A stretch of DNA of 64,000 nt from an uncultured Methylomirabilota bacterium (GTDB lineage Bacteria; Methylomirabilota; Methylomirabilia; Methylomirabilales; 2-02-FULL-66-22). Where the stretch lies: NCBI GenBank assembly GCA_963705305.1, contig OY970067.1:4288001-4352000 (forward strand), read 5' to 3'. The translations under genes were made by a program, and so were the position numbers. The stretch's first letter is position 1. Each line of letters begins with the position of its first letter. Shown here one piece after another: positions 52,232 through 62,156 of this stretch. Under the pieces are notes generated by a model, which was not told where the DNA came from, did not search any database, and was given only the letters and a program-made list of their open reading frames with translations.

Positions 52232-52676
52232 CTACCGCAGCACCCCGGAGGCCCAGCCGAGGATCCCGAGGCCCGCACCGGCAGTGTGTAGCAAAATTCG
52301 AAATGTACTTTCCGAGAGGACATCCAGGGGTTCGTCACAATTCGAAATCCGAAATTCGCAATCCGCAATGTCCTTCATGCTGCCACTCGTCCAGCCCCGC
52401 CACCGCCATTGCCGTCGCCAAGGCGCAGGCGATGACCAGCGTTCGCTGCCGGCCGTTGCCATTCGTCGCAGATCGGGACAGCAGCCAGCCGAGGACCGCG
52501 TACGCCGCCAGGTGGATGCTTTTCCGAAGAAGCAGGCGCAGCACGTCCCCGTCCCGCATGGGCAGCGCATGGGAGGTTCCAATCAGAAAAATCACGCCGA
52601 CCCAGGCGAGAGTCAGCAGCCAGAGTCGGCGGGGATCAATCAGATTGGAGATTCGCATTCGGGAGACCGAGAACAA
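52232..52676 (-). pseudogene. VanZ-like gene disrupted by short TTCGAAA-type repeat sequence
   Basis: Homologous to 35897-36280, but 52293-52377 is expanded or replaced by heptamer-repeat DNA. Confidence 0.8.
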
Positions 52677-52722
52677 ATAACCGCACTATCATCCAACCTG
52701 GTGCACGTGACCTGCCCCCTCC

Positions 52723-52944
52723 TCAGAAATGAGTTGCCACTAGGAGTCCTATGGACGCACCGGTCAGCCTCACCGCGAGAACCCTAAGCAGTATGCGCCG
52801 ATGGTGGCCTGGAAGCGACTCTTCACCCCCACCTTTAACCAACATTACGAGGCCCACGACGAGGCCTAAAAATGGCAAAACGCGCAGAGCCAAATTCATC
52901 AACCCAGAAAGTTGATCCATGACTATACCCTTGTCGAATAGCAA
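52723..52944 (-). CDS. Small membrane protein
   Basis: Two hydrophobic segments; a diverged copy lies near 37670. Confidence 0.5.
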   Translation of the reverse strand: MLFDKGIVMDQLSGLMNLALRVLPFLGLVVGLVMLVKGGGEESLPGHHRRILLRVLAVRLTGASIGLLVATHF

Positions 52945-53152
52945 CGAATCAGTCGGCTTACCACCAGATCCGTTTCCTCAAGGAGGATAAACTCGAACCT
53001 CCCCAGGCGAGAGTTAGCAGCGATAACCTACGACGCTCGGTCAGCTTCGAGATTCGCATTCCGAACTACATCCGTCCGACTGTTCTCCTTTGCGCCCTTT
53101 GCGTCTTGGCGTGAAATGCGAGTGTTTTCCGTGTCGAATTTCGAATTGTCTT

Positions 53153-55444
53153 TCAGTCATCCGCCGTGCCGGCGCTGGTTTCGGCGGCCGATGGCGAGCG
53201 CCTGAGCAGCTCCTGCACCCGCTTCTCCACGATGCTGACCGGGAGGGGCTTGTAGATCCGGTCGGCGGCCCCCAGGGCCGCGACTTGGTCCATGCTGAGC
53301 ACCTCGGCCGAGTCGGCCAGCAGGAGGATGGGCACCCCCTGATGCCTGAGCTTCTCGCAGAGCCGCTTGATGTTCGTCCGGGGCAGATGGTGGTGCAGGA
53401 TGACGAGGTGGAGGGGTGCATCTTTCAGGTGCTGGAGGGCCTCCCGCTCGGTCTCGGCCTCCAGGACGAGGTAGCGGGCCTGGAGGATCCGTTTCAGGGT
53501 CTTCCGGGTGTAGGGGTCCGCCTCTACTACCAGGATCCGCTCGGTGCGCCGGGGGCGACGGGTCGGGGGCGGGGCCCCATCCACGTAGCCCGGGACCAGC
53601 GCGGCCAGCATGGCCGAGAGCGCTCGCTGATCCTCGGTGTCGGCATGTTTGAGCAGATCCTGGATCCCGGCCTCCAGCTTACCGAGGTCGTTCGGCTCCG
53701 CCTCCACGACCATGATCTTCTCGTGAAGGGTGGGCAGGACGCGGGTCTCGGAGTTCAACAGCTCCTCGAACAGCTTCTCCCCCGGCCGGACCCCCGTGAA
53801 GGTGATCTCGATGTCCCGCTCGGGATCCAGGCCCGAGAGGGCGATGAGGTCCTTGGCCAGGTCCAGAATCCGCACCGGATCGCCCATGTCGAGGACGAAG
53901 ATTTCCCCGCCCTCTCCTTGCGTTGCCGCCTGGAGGACGAGCTGGCTGGCTTCCGGGATGGTCATGAAGTAGCGCAGCATGTCGGGGTGGGTGACCGTGA
54001 CGGGCCCCCCGGCCTCGATCTGGCGCTGGAAGACCTGGAGGACGCTCCCCTCGCTGGCCAGGACGTTGCCGAAGCGCACCGTCATGAAGCGGGTGGCGCT
54101 CTTGACGTTCAGCGCCTGGACGTACATCTCGGCCAGGCGCTTGGTGGCGCCCATGATGCTGGAGGGACGGACGGCCTTGTCGGTGGAGATCATCACGAAG
54201 TGCTCCACCCCGACCCGCTCGGCCGTCCGGGCCGCCACCATCGTCCCCCGGACGTTGTTCTTGACCGCCTCGGCCTTGTTCCCCTCCATCAAGGGCACGT
54301 GCTTGTGGGCCGCCGCGTGGAAAAGCACCTGGGGCAGGTGCTCCTCCAGGACAGCCGTCATCCGCGCCTCATCGGTGACATCGGCGATCACAGGGTGGAG
54401 GACGAGCTTCGGGAATTTGTCCCGCAGCTCCAGCTCCACGAAGAAGAGGCCGTTCTCGGACCGGTCCAGCAGAACGAGCTCGGCCGGGTCGAACCGGGCG
54501 ATCTGCCTACACAGCTCCGACCCGACGGAGCCGCCCGCCCCCGTTACCAGGACCCGCTTCCCCGAGACGAACTGCTCGACCTCGGCCTGGTCGATCCGGA
54601 CCGGCTCGCGCCGCAGGAGGTCGGCGATGTTCAGCCGCCGCGGCTTGACGGCCATCGCCGGACTGTCGGCCAGCTCGCGCAGGTTGGGAATCGTCTTGAA
54701 CTCCACCTGGGCGGACCGGCAGGCCCCGATGATCCGGCGCATCTGCTCGCCTGTGGCCGAGGGGATGGCGATCAAGAGCTCGTGGATCGCATGCGTGTGG
54801 CACAGGTCGGGCAGTTCGTCGATCGTCCCCAGGACTTTCTTGCCGTGGATGCGCCGGCCCTGCCTGGCCGGATCGTCGTCCACATATCCGACGACGTTGT
54901 ACGGCAGCCCGACGTTCCGCTCGATTTCCCGGACGAGCATCTCCGCCGCATCGCCCGCCCCCACCACCAGGGCGCGCTTCTCGCGGCGCTGGCCGTTCAT
55001 GGCTGACTCGCGCAGAGCCCGGATAGCCAGGCGGCCGCCGCCGGCGAACAGCAGGCAGATCCCCCAGTCGATCGGAAAGATCGGCCAGGGAAAGTCTTGG
55101 TTTATCAGTCCCAGCACGATGGCGGCAAAGAGCACGGAGCTGAGGGTTACCGCCTTCACAATCTTGAGAATGTCCCGCATGCTGACGTATCGCCAAACCT
55201 CCTCGTACATGTGGAACCAGGCGAACGCCAGCAGGCGCAGGGCCAGGATCAGCGGCAGCGTGTGGACGAGCTGCCGCCAGTCGTCCCGGTCCACCGGGTA
55301 CTCGAACCGCAAGACAAATGCAAGACAGTACCCGCCCCCGACCAGGCCGGCGTGCAAGAGGACGATGATCACCCGCCGCAGCGGCGCGATAGCCTCCACG
55401 AGACGCCCCATCCGATTCTTGACACCCACCGCAGAAGCGCTCAT
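53153..55444 (-). CDS. CapD/PglF-like UDP-sugar 4,6-dehydratase with a C-terminal receiver-like domain
   Basis: N-terminal TM segments, VVGAGDA, VTGAGGSVGSELCRQ, HAAAHKHVP, STDKAV.P.S.MGATK, VRFGNVL and RPGEKL.EEL; REC-like tail. Confidence 0.93.
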   Translation of the reverse strand: MSASAVGVKNRMGRLVEAIAPLRRVIIVLLHAGLVGGGYCLAFVLRFEYPVDRDDWRQLVHTLPLILALRLLAFAWFHMYEEVWRYVSMRDILKIVKAVTLSSVLFAAIVLGLINQDFPWPIFPIDWGICLLFAGGGRLAIRALRESAMNGQRREKRALVVGAGDAAEMLVREIERNVGLPYNVVGYVDDDPARQGRRIHGKKVLGTIDELPDLCHTHAIHELLIAIPSATGEQMRRIIGACRSAQVEFKTIPNLRELADSPAMAVKPRRLNIADLLRREPVRIDQAEVEQFVSGKRVLVTGAGGSVGSELCRQIARFDPAELVLLDRSENGLFFVELELRDKFPKLVLHPVIADVTDEARMTAVLEEHLPQVLFHAAAHKHVPLMEGNKAEAVKNNVRGTMVAARTAERVGVEHFVMISTDKAVRPSSIMGATKRLAEMYVQALNVKSATRFMTVRFGNVLASEGSVLQVFQRQIEAGGPVTVTHPDMLRYFMTIPEASQLVLQAATQGEGGEIFVLDMGDPVRILDLAKDLIALSGLDPERDIEITFTGVRPGEKLFEELLNSETRVLPTLHEKIMVVEAEPNDLGKLEAGIQDLLKHADTEDQRALSAMLAALVPGYVDGAPPPTRRPRRTERILVVEADPYTRKTLKRILQARYLVLEAETEREALQHLKDAPLHLVILHHHLPRTNIKRLCEKLRHQGVPILLLADSAEVLSMDQVAALGAADRIYKPLPVSIVEKRVQELLRRSPSAAETSAGTADD

Positions 55445-55579
55445 TTCGTTTCTAACGTAAACATTTCACCGACAAGATGGCGAAGGGGGGTGAATCGGCG
55501 AGCCGGAGAGTCGGTGAACCGGCGTAAGAAACGCTTCCAAATTGAACCCTTGCGGGAGGAGGCGCATGGGATATGCCGC

Positions 55580-56239
55580 TCAGACTTCCCATCTGCAACG
55601 AATTGTGGCCCAGACAGAGCGGAAGATCAGACCGAGGTCGTACAGCAGCATCTCAACGTCCCCCGCCCACCCCCGCTCGTTCATTCGCCTGACCCGGCGG
55701 ATATAGATCAAGTCGTACCGGAACTTCTGGCGGTGCGGCACCTCCCGTGGGGCGAAGAGCTGGGTGATCCCCGTGAGGCCCGGCCTGACGATCTGCCGCT
55801 GGGCGAAGCCCGGGACGTCCCGGATGTACAGTTCCTGTGAGGTATCCTTGACCCGCACGATCTCTTTCTCGGGTTGCGAGCGGGGGCCCACGAAGCTCAT
55901 GTCCCCCTTAAAGATGTTCCATACCTGCGGAAGCTCGTCCAGCGCCGTCATGCGCAGCAGCCGGCCTGCGCGCGTGATGCGAGGGTCGTTGCGGCTGGCC
56001 TGCACCTCCACCCGGCCGGGCTCCTTGCGCATCGAGCGGAACTTCAACGCCCGGAACATCCTGCCGTGCCGCCCGATCCGGTCCTGGCGGAAGAAGATTG
56101 GCAGCCCATCCTCCCACCAGATGCTCACCGTGATCAGCAGCCATAACGGAAGGCTGATCAGCAGGCCGAGGGAGGACAGAGCGAGATCGAGCGGCCGCTT
56201 GAATCGCGGCTCGCGGAGAGTTCCCTGGACTGCATTCAT
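55580..56239 (-). CDS. Phosphoglycosyl (bacterial sugar) transferase
   Basis: KRPLD, FFRQDRIG..G..F...KFRSM, LDELPQ.WNI.KGDMSFVGPR and RPGLTG. Confidence 0.93.
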   Translation of the reverse strand: MNAVQGTLREPRFKRPLDLALSSLGLLISLPLWLLITVSIWWEDGLPIFFRQDRIGRHGRMFRALKFRSMRKEPGRVEVQASRNDPRITRAGRLLRMTALDELPQVWNIFKGDMSFVGPRSQPEKEIVRVKDTSQELYIRDVPGFAQRQIVRPGLTGITQLFAPREVPHRQKFRYDLIYIRRVRRMNERGWAGDVEMLLYDLGLIFRSVWATIRCRWEV

Positions 56240-56291
56240 CTCCTGCACTGTCTGACGCGGCACACCCCCCTGCCCCGCTGAACCGAGAAAC

Positions 56292-57281
56292 TCAGAGGTC
56301 GCCCGCATGTCGCATCTCGGCAATGGTTTCCCGCCACCCCGTCATGAGATCATACTGCGGGCGGAATCCCAGCTCGTCCTGGATCCGCTGTCCGGACACC
56401 GCAATGTCTTCCAGGTACTTCTCGATCGTCGCCCGCCCTATGGGAAGGGCTAGTCGGAATAGACCCGCTGTATCTTCCAGTATCCCCGCCACCGCACGGA
56501 CAGGTCCCGCAGGAAGAGCGATCCGCGGCGGTCTTCTCCCCATGGCAGAGCAGATGGCACCAACGATCTCGGAAATCGCGTGGAACCGGCCGTCCGTCAC
56601 GTTGTAGACCCGGCCGGCCGCCATGGGATGCTCGAGGGCCAGGACCGCTGCCCGCCCGACGTCCCGGTCATAAACCAGCGTTCGGCGGTTCCGCCCGTCG
56701 CCTATCGGCACGAAACGGCGCCGCGCCAGAAGCTCCACCAGCCGCCGGTAGTTGCCTTTGATGCGGGCGCCGTAGATCGCCCCCATGCGCAGCACCGTCC
56801 CGATCCGCTCTCCGCTCGAAGATGTCGCCCCCAGCACGATCCGCTCCGCCGCCAGCTTCGTCTCCGCGTAGAACGTTTTCGGGGCCGCCGGGCCGTCCTC
56901 GGTCAGGATGGCGCCGTTCGAGTCGTCGTATACGTTGATCGTGCTGAAAAAGACCAGCCGTCGGACGCCGGCCCGCACGGCCGCCTCGACCACTGTGGCG
57001 GTTCCCCCCACATTGACCCGCTCGAACGACGCCCGCGCCTCGGGCGGTGGATTCAGGATGTGCAGCAGAGCCGCCAAGTGGATGACGCCATCGACGCCCT
57101 CCACGGCAGCACGCACCGCCTCCGGATCCGTGATGTCTCCCTGGCACACCTCAACACCATCTGGTAACGACCCGGGTACAGGACGATCTATGGATGTTAT
57201 CCGAACTTGAAATCCGGCCTCACATAACCCCCCCACCACTCGGGGCCCAACGGAACCGGTCGCACCCGTCACCAAAACCAT
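56292..57281 (-). CDS. NAD-dependent epimerase/dehydratase
   Basis: LVTGATGSVG, VIHLAA, VFFST and YAETK. Confidence 0.9.
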   Translation of the reverse strand: MVLVTGATGSVGPRVVGGLCEAGFQVRITSIDRPVPGSLPDGVEVCQGDITDPEAVRAAVEGVDGVIHLAALLHILNPPPEARASFERVNVGGTATVVEAAVRAGVRRLVFFSTINVYDDSNGAILTEDGPAAPKTFYAETKLAAERIVLGATSSSGERIGTVLRMGAIYGARIKGNYRRLVELLARRRFVPIGDGRNRRTLVYDRDVGRAAVLALEHPMAAGRVYNVTDGRFHAISEIVGAICSAMGRRPPRIALPAGPVRAVAGILEDTAGLFRLALPIGRATIEKYLEDIAVSGQRIQDELGFRPQYDLMTGWRETIAEMRHAGDL

Positions 57282-57297
57282 ATCCCGTCTTTTACTT

Positions 57298-58545
57298 TTA
57301 TGCTGCGCCGCAACACACCCTTCGGAGGACCTCGTCATACTCACCGATGACGGCATCTTTGCTGTAGTGGTCGAGGATCCACTGACGACCATTCTTGCCC
57401 ATTTCCCGGCCGAGTTCTGGTGATCGATAGAGTAGGCAGATTGCCTGGGCCATCTCACTCGCGGATTCCGGCACGACCACTATTCCGGCCTTCGACATGC
57501 TCAGCAACTGCGCAGACTCAGTGTCAGGCTCCGAGGCCGAGACCACGGGCCGTCCTGCGGCCATTGCCGTGTAAATCTTGGAAGGAACGGTATCATAAGA
57601 AAACCCGAAGCGCATCGGCGAGAGACAGACGTCAGCGGTGGCATAGACATCGGGGACCCGTTCCTCCGGCTCAAAGGGCAGCAGCCGCATGTTCTTCGCT
57701 CCGGAGGCTGCAATTGCCTCTTCCAGCTTGGTCCGGCCCGCCCCATCCCCGATCAAGACGAGAAGGATATCCTGCTCCTTTTCGAGTTCCTTGGCCACCT
57801 CGATCAGCACCTCCAACCCTTGGGTTAGGCCTATATTTCCCCCGTAGAACGCCACGTACCTGTCGACGAACCCGTGCTGTCGGCTGAAAGGGTTCTGCTT
57901 ATCTCGTGGTTGGATCCGGTCGACGTCGACAAAGTTGGGCGTGAAAAACAGCTTCTCCCGAGGGACACCCCGCTTCAGCAGGCTGGCGATGAAGCACTCG
58001 GCGATCGAGGTGATGCACGCCGACCGACGGTAGACGAAGGTCTCGAGGGCAGTAACCAGCCGCACGAGAAATGGATTCCGAATCAAGCCCAAACGGATCG
58101 GGACGTCAGGCCAGAGCTCCCGCACATCATAGACGAGCTGGCCCCGCTTCAGCCTAGCAAGCAGGTAGCCCTCCAAACCCAAAGTGATGGGGGGAGAGGG
58201 CACGAAGATGACATCCTGGCGAGGTATCCTGATAGCTGCGACAATCAACGTTGCGAGATGAAACCAGAGATAATCGAGTGCGCGGCTCCGCACTCTTTTC
58301 CGTTTAAGTGGCATGTAGACCCTGAATACCCGAACCCCGGATTCCTTCGACTCGGTGAAAAGGCGCCGCGCCCTGTAGATTGGATTATTCAGAATCTTTT
58401 CCGAGGGATTGTAGTGCAGCATGGAGGTGAGGACGGTTACCTCATGCCCCCTGGCTCGCAAGCCGTGGGCGAGCTCCTCCATCATCTTCGCGGTCGAAAC
58501 ATTGTCCGGGCCAAAGACCAAGGACAGCATCAGAACTCTGGCCAA
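57298..58545 (-). CDS. GT4 glycosyltransferase (WbuB-like)
   Basis: SPP, YDVRELWPD, YGGNIG..QGL and PSKIY..MAAGRPVV. Confidence 0.9.
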   Translation of the reverse strand: MARVLMLSLVFGPDNVSTAKMMEELAHGLRARGHEVTVLTSMLHYNPSEKILNNPIYRARRLFTESKESGVRVFRVYMPLKRKRVRSRALDYLWFHLATLIVAAIRIPRQDVIFVPSPPITLGLEGYLLARLKRGQLVYDVRELWPDVPIRLGLIRNPFLVRLVTALETFVYRRSACITSIAECFIASLLKRGVPREKLFFTPNFVDVDRIQPRDKQNPFSRQHGFVDRYVAFYGGNIGLTQGLEVLIEVAKELEKEQDILLVLIGDGAGRTKLEEAIAASGAKNMRLLPFEPEERVPDVYATADVCLSPMRFGFSYDTVPSKIYTAMAAGRPVVSASEPDTESAQLLSMSKAGIVVVPESASEMAQAICLLYRSPELGREMGKNGRQWILDHYSKDAVIGEYDEVLRRVCCGAA

Positions 58546-58579
58546 CGGAAAGGGACCCTTTCTTTTGGTACCCGACGGT

Positions 58580-59572
58580 CTAAGCTTTCTGCCGCGTTCC
58601 GATCATCTTTCTTTGAACCTGATCTTCAATCCAGTCATACGTCCGCTTAAGGCCGTCTTCCAGGGAGACCTGGGGCTCCCATTTCAGGACCTCGCGCAGG
58701 CGAGTATTGTCAGAATTCCGCCCGCGTACTCCTTGCGGACCAGGAACATGCTTCTTTTTGATCTCGATTCCAGCGATAGATGCGACCAGGTCCGCAAGCT
58801 CGTTTATGTTGATCAGCCGGTCTTGGCCCAGGTTCAGGGGCTCGTGGTGATCGGAGCGCATCAGTTTGTAGATGCCCTGCACGCAATCATCAATGTAGCA
58901 AAAGGACCGAGTCTGCTCGCCGTCTCCCCAGATTTCGATCTCCGGATTCCCCGTGAGCTTAGCGACCGCCACCTTTCGGCACATCGCCGCCGGCGCCTTC
59001 TCGCGCCCGCCCTCCCAGGTGCCGAGAGGGCCAAAAATGTTGTGAAACCGAACGACCCGCGTCTCCAGACCGTAGTCTTCCCGGTAATGTGCACAGAGCC
59101 GCTCCGTAACCAGCTTTTCCCAACCGTAGGCATCCTGCGGCTGTGCCGGATAGGCGTCGTCCTCTTTCAAGGGCACAACGTTCACGTCTGTTTGCTTGTA
59201 CTCGGGATATATGCAGGCTGAAGAGGTATAAAAGTGGCGCTTCACGCCGTTGACTCGACCCGCTTCCAGCGTATGGATGTTAATAAGAGAATTATTGTGA
59301 AGGATCTCGCTATGGTGACAAGAGATGAACCCCATGCCCCCCATGTCGGCGGCCAGAGCGTACACCTCATCGATGCCTCGTGTCGCCTGAAGGCAGTTGT
59401 CCCAGCGCCGGAGGTCCAAGATCTCGAACTCGTCGGCATCCGCATTGCTGAATTCCGGATGCTTGATGTCAACGCCACGCACCCAGTAGCCTTCCTTCTT
59501 GAGGAAAGTTACCAGATGGTGGCCAATGAATCCGCCAGCGCCAGTGACGAGCGCTCTTGCCTTTATCGACAT
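58580..59572 (-). CDS. NAD-dependent epimerase, GDP-mannose 3,5-epimerase-like
   Basis: VTGAGGFIG, ALAADMGGMGFI, SSACIYP, YGWEK, GGREKAPAA.CRK and GVRGRNSDN. Confidence 0.9.
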   Translation of the reverse strand: MSIKARALVTGAGGFIGHHLVTFLKKEGYWVRGVDIKHPEFSNADADEFEILDLRRWDNCLQATRGIDEVYALAADMGGMGFISCHHSEILHNNSLINIHTLEAGRVNGVKRHFYTSSACIYPEYKQTDVNVVPLKEDDAYPAQPQDAYGWEKLVTERLCAHYREDYGLETRVVRFHNIFGPLGTWEGGREKAPAAMCRKVAVAKLTGNPEIEIWGDGEQTRSFCYIDDCVQGIYKLMRSDHHEPLNLGQDRLININELADLVASIAGIEIKKKHVPGPQGVRGRNSDNTRLREVLKWEPQVSLEDGLKRTYDWIEDQVQRKMIGTRQKA

Positions 59573-59664
59573 CTTTTGCCTCCTATCAGAGTGGTCCCAC
59601 AAGCCAATGCGTCGGTTTCAGAGCCATTTGGAACCCCGGCCGAGTTCACCCGCATTCCGTCGAA

Positions 59665-60669
59665 TCAAAAGGGGGGTTTTCGTGCCAGGCGAACCAAGTG
59701 ATTCTTCAGGTTGGCCAGTGGCGACAGGTACACGAGACGGGTCAAGGCTCGGCTATGGAAGATGATCTGTGCGACGTGCTGCAGCAGATCACCCTTGGCT
59801 TGAAAGCGCCGGCAGGCCACCGCGGGCGCTTGCACCTCTCGATGGCCTCCAAACATCGGGGTCCCATGGACCCTCAGCGCGTACTGCAAGTACGGAACCG
59901 AACGCTCGTCGATTCCCATGAAGCGACTGCCAAGAATGTCCCCTACGAGGAGCGGGGCGCTGAGCAGAAGTAGGTTGAGCGGAAACACATCCCCATGGAT
60001 TGGTCCAAAACCATCCATCGCCCAGGTGCCGTCGATCAAGGACCACCCCGGACCCCAGAGGGCCAGCATCCCGGATAGGACTTCGGGAAGTCTCGCATGG
60101 TGCAGGAGACGCTTGGAGCTCGGGATGCACCCCCAGAGATTCTTGAGGCCGAGGGTTACCGTCGTGAAGGCGTGAGTCTTGAGGACTGGCACACTGAAAA
60201 GGATCCCCGGTTTCTCCATGAGCCGCCGGGGCAATTCGACGGGGATCTCATCCTCTCGCCGCCCCGGCAACAGGGTGCGAACGGACGGCTCCCGGCTCAG
60301 GTTGACGGCAGGAACCCCGAACTGCTGCTCCAAACGTCTGACGCCGTGCCCTTCGAAGGCCTGATCGGCAGTCCAGGAATCCAAGCTCCCATCGGATTCG
60401 ATGATGATGGGCCAGGCCCCGAGCCGGCACAGGGCCTCTATGATAGCCGCCAGGACTTCGGGCGACGTCGTAACACCCGGGCGATACGCCGGCGCCGTGA
60501 AATTCGGCTTGACATACACGATCTGCCCCGCCCAGGAATCGGCCCCCCGCAGGCAGGACGTCAACTGGTCCGCAAGTGGCGGACCACCCGCAGGCTCAAT
60601 CTTGAGCCATTGCACGAAGATATCGCGCGGCTCACTCTTGCCCGAGGTCTCCCTCGGCGGCCCCGTCAT
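59665..60669 (-). CDS. DUF362 family protein
   Basis: VKPNF...GVTT.P.V, SVPVLKTH..T.VTLGLKNLWG and IDG..AM.G.GP. Confidence 0.85.
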   Translation of the reverse strand: MTGPPRETSGKSEPRDIFVQWLKIEPAGGPPLADQLTSCLRGADSWAGQIVYVKPNFTAPAYRPGVTTSPEVLAAIIEALCRLGAWPIIIESDGSLDSWTADQAFEGHGVRRLEQQFGVPAVNLSREPSVRTLLPGRREDEIPVELPRRLMEKPGILFSVPVLKTHAFTTVTLGLKNLWGCIPSSKRLLHHARLPEVLSGMLALWGPGWSLIDGTWAMDGFGPIHGDVFPLNLLLLSAPLLVGDILGSRFMGIDERSVPYLQYALRVHGTPMFGGHREVQAPAVACRRFQAKGDLLQHVAQIIFHSRALTRLVYLSPLANLKNHLVRLARKPPF

Positions 60670-60776
60670 TGTCGTCTGGCCCCATTAGTCTCCACCTCAG
60701 GGATGGTGGAAACCCCTCAGCTTCAGCTGAGGCCCACTGGGCGATAGGGGCGCCACAAACTCCCACATTCCTTCGT

Positions 60777-62093
60777 TTATACGCCCAGCGTAGTGGCGCC
60801 CCTGAGCCCGCTGGGAGTTGTTGACGAGAGCGGTGTCGACTTCGAATCGACCCTGCCATTCGATGGCAATGGCCGAGCCGAGGAAGGACTCGGCAACGAC
60901 CGGATGTGATCAACCCCTCGGCTTACAGCCGAGGGTCGTTGAGTTCGCTCAAGGAGATCCGCATACAGCTCGGCATGTCGGAGCGCGCTGGCCGATGCAG
61001 AGTGCCGCTCTTGAACCCGCCGCCTGGCGGCCTCGCCGTACTCCCTGGCCCTGATCGGATCGGCCAGCATGCTCATGATTGCCTCGGCGAGGCTACTGGC
61101 GTCGCCTGCGGGCACCAGCAAACCCGTCACACCATCCTCGATCAGGTCCCGGATCCCGCTCACGTTCGTTCCAACCACCGGGATGCCGGCGGCCATGGCC
61201 TCCATCATTGCTCTCGGCATCCCCTCCCACAACGAAGGGAGGGCGAACACATCCATCGCCGCAAGGTACGGTCTCACGTCTACCTGCTGGCCGACGCAGA
61301 CGAACGCAGATTCCAGGCCTCGATCTGCAATCTGCCGGTGGATCTCCAGTGCCTTCGGCCCGGAGCCCACAATGAGGAAGTAGACATCGGGTCGCGTCCG
61401 ACGAATGCAACCAGCGGCCTCGATCAGGTACGGGTACCCTTTCTGTTCCTTGAATACCGCAACTGTGCCGACCACGGTGGCCGATTCGGGAACGTTCAGG
61501 AGTTGCTGCTTCGTACGCGGATCCCTCTCGATCTCCCGGAGACCATCTAGATCCACGCTGTTGGGAATCAGCACGATCTGTTGAACGGGAAATCCTTCTG
61601 AGAGGAGACGGTCCTTGACATCCTCCGAGAGAGCAATGAGCACATCTGCCCATCGTCCGGTCCATCGGTCAAGACGGGAAGCGAGAACGGCTACCGCACC
61701 CCCGTACTCCCCCCGATACATCTCCCGGTGCAGGTTTCGGATGCTCGAGACGATCACCGGAGTGCCGGCGAGGCGACCTGCCAGGCGGCCAACCCAGTCG
61801 GCCCGGCTCAGGTTCGTGTGCAGCACCTCGATCCGCCCTTGCTTGAGAATTCGAGCCAGGCGGTACACAGTGCGCACATCCCACAACCCCCGCATGCCGA
61901 GGCACACGTGCGGGACGCCATGCTTCAGCAGCAGCGCCTCCATCGTCGGATCGGCGGCCGAGAGGCTGCACGCCAGGGATTGGACTCGGTCCGCTGGCAG
62001 ATATCGCATCAGAGCAAGCATGCCGCGGCCAGGCCCGTCCAGCCTAAAGGCGGGATTCAGATGAAGTACCCGGATGGGTAGGCGATCAGCCAT
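60777..62093 (-). CDS. GT4 glycosyltransferase
   Basis: IPNSVD, KGYPYLIEA, DVFALPSLWEGMP...MEAMAAG.PVV.T.V.G and TGLLVP. Confidence 0.92.
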   Translation of the reverse strand: MADRLPIRVLHLNPAFRLDGPGRGMLALMRYLPADRVQSLACSLSAADPTMEALLLKHGVPHVCLGMRGLWDVRTVYRLARILKQGRIEVLHTNLSRADWVGRLAGRLAGTPVIVSSIRNLHREMYRGEYGGAVAVLASRLDRWTGRWADVLIALSEDVKDRLLSEGFPVQQIVLIPNSVDLDGLREIERDPRTKQQLLNVPESATVVGTVAVFKEQKGYPYLIEAAGCIRRTRPDVYFLIVGSGPKALEIHRQIADRGLESAFVCVGQQVDVRPYLAAMDVFALPSLWEGMPRAMMEAMAAGIPVVGTNVSGIRDLIEDGVTGLLVPAGDASSLAEAIMSMLADPIRAREYGEAARRRVQERHSASASALRHAELYADLLERTQRPSAVSRGVDHIRSLPSPSSARPLPSNGRVDSKSTPLSSTTPSGLRGATTLGV

Positions 62094-62156
62094 GCGCTCC
62101 CGCAGGGATAGCTTCGAGGCGGATGGGAGAGGGGTCTGGCCTACCGATGCACTCAG

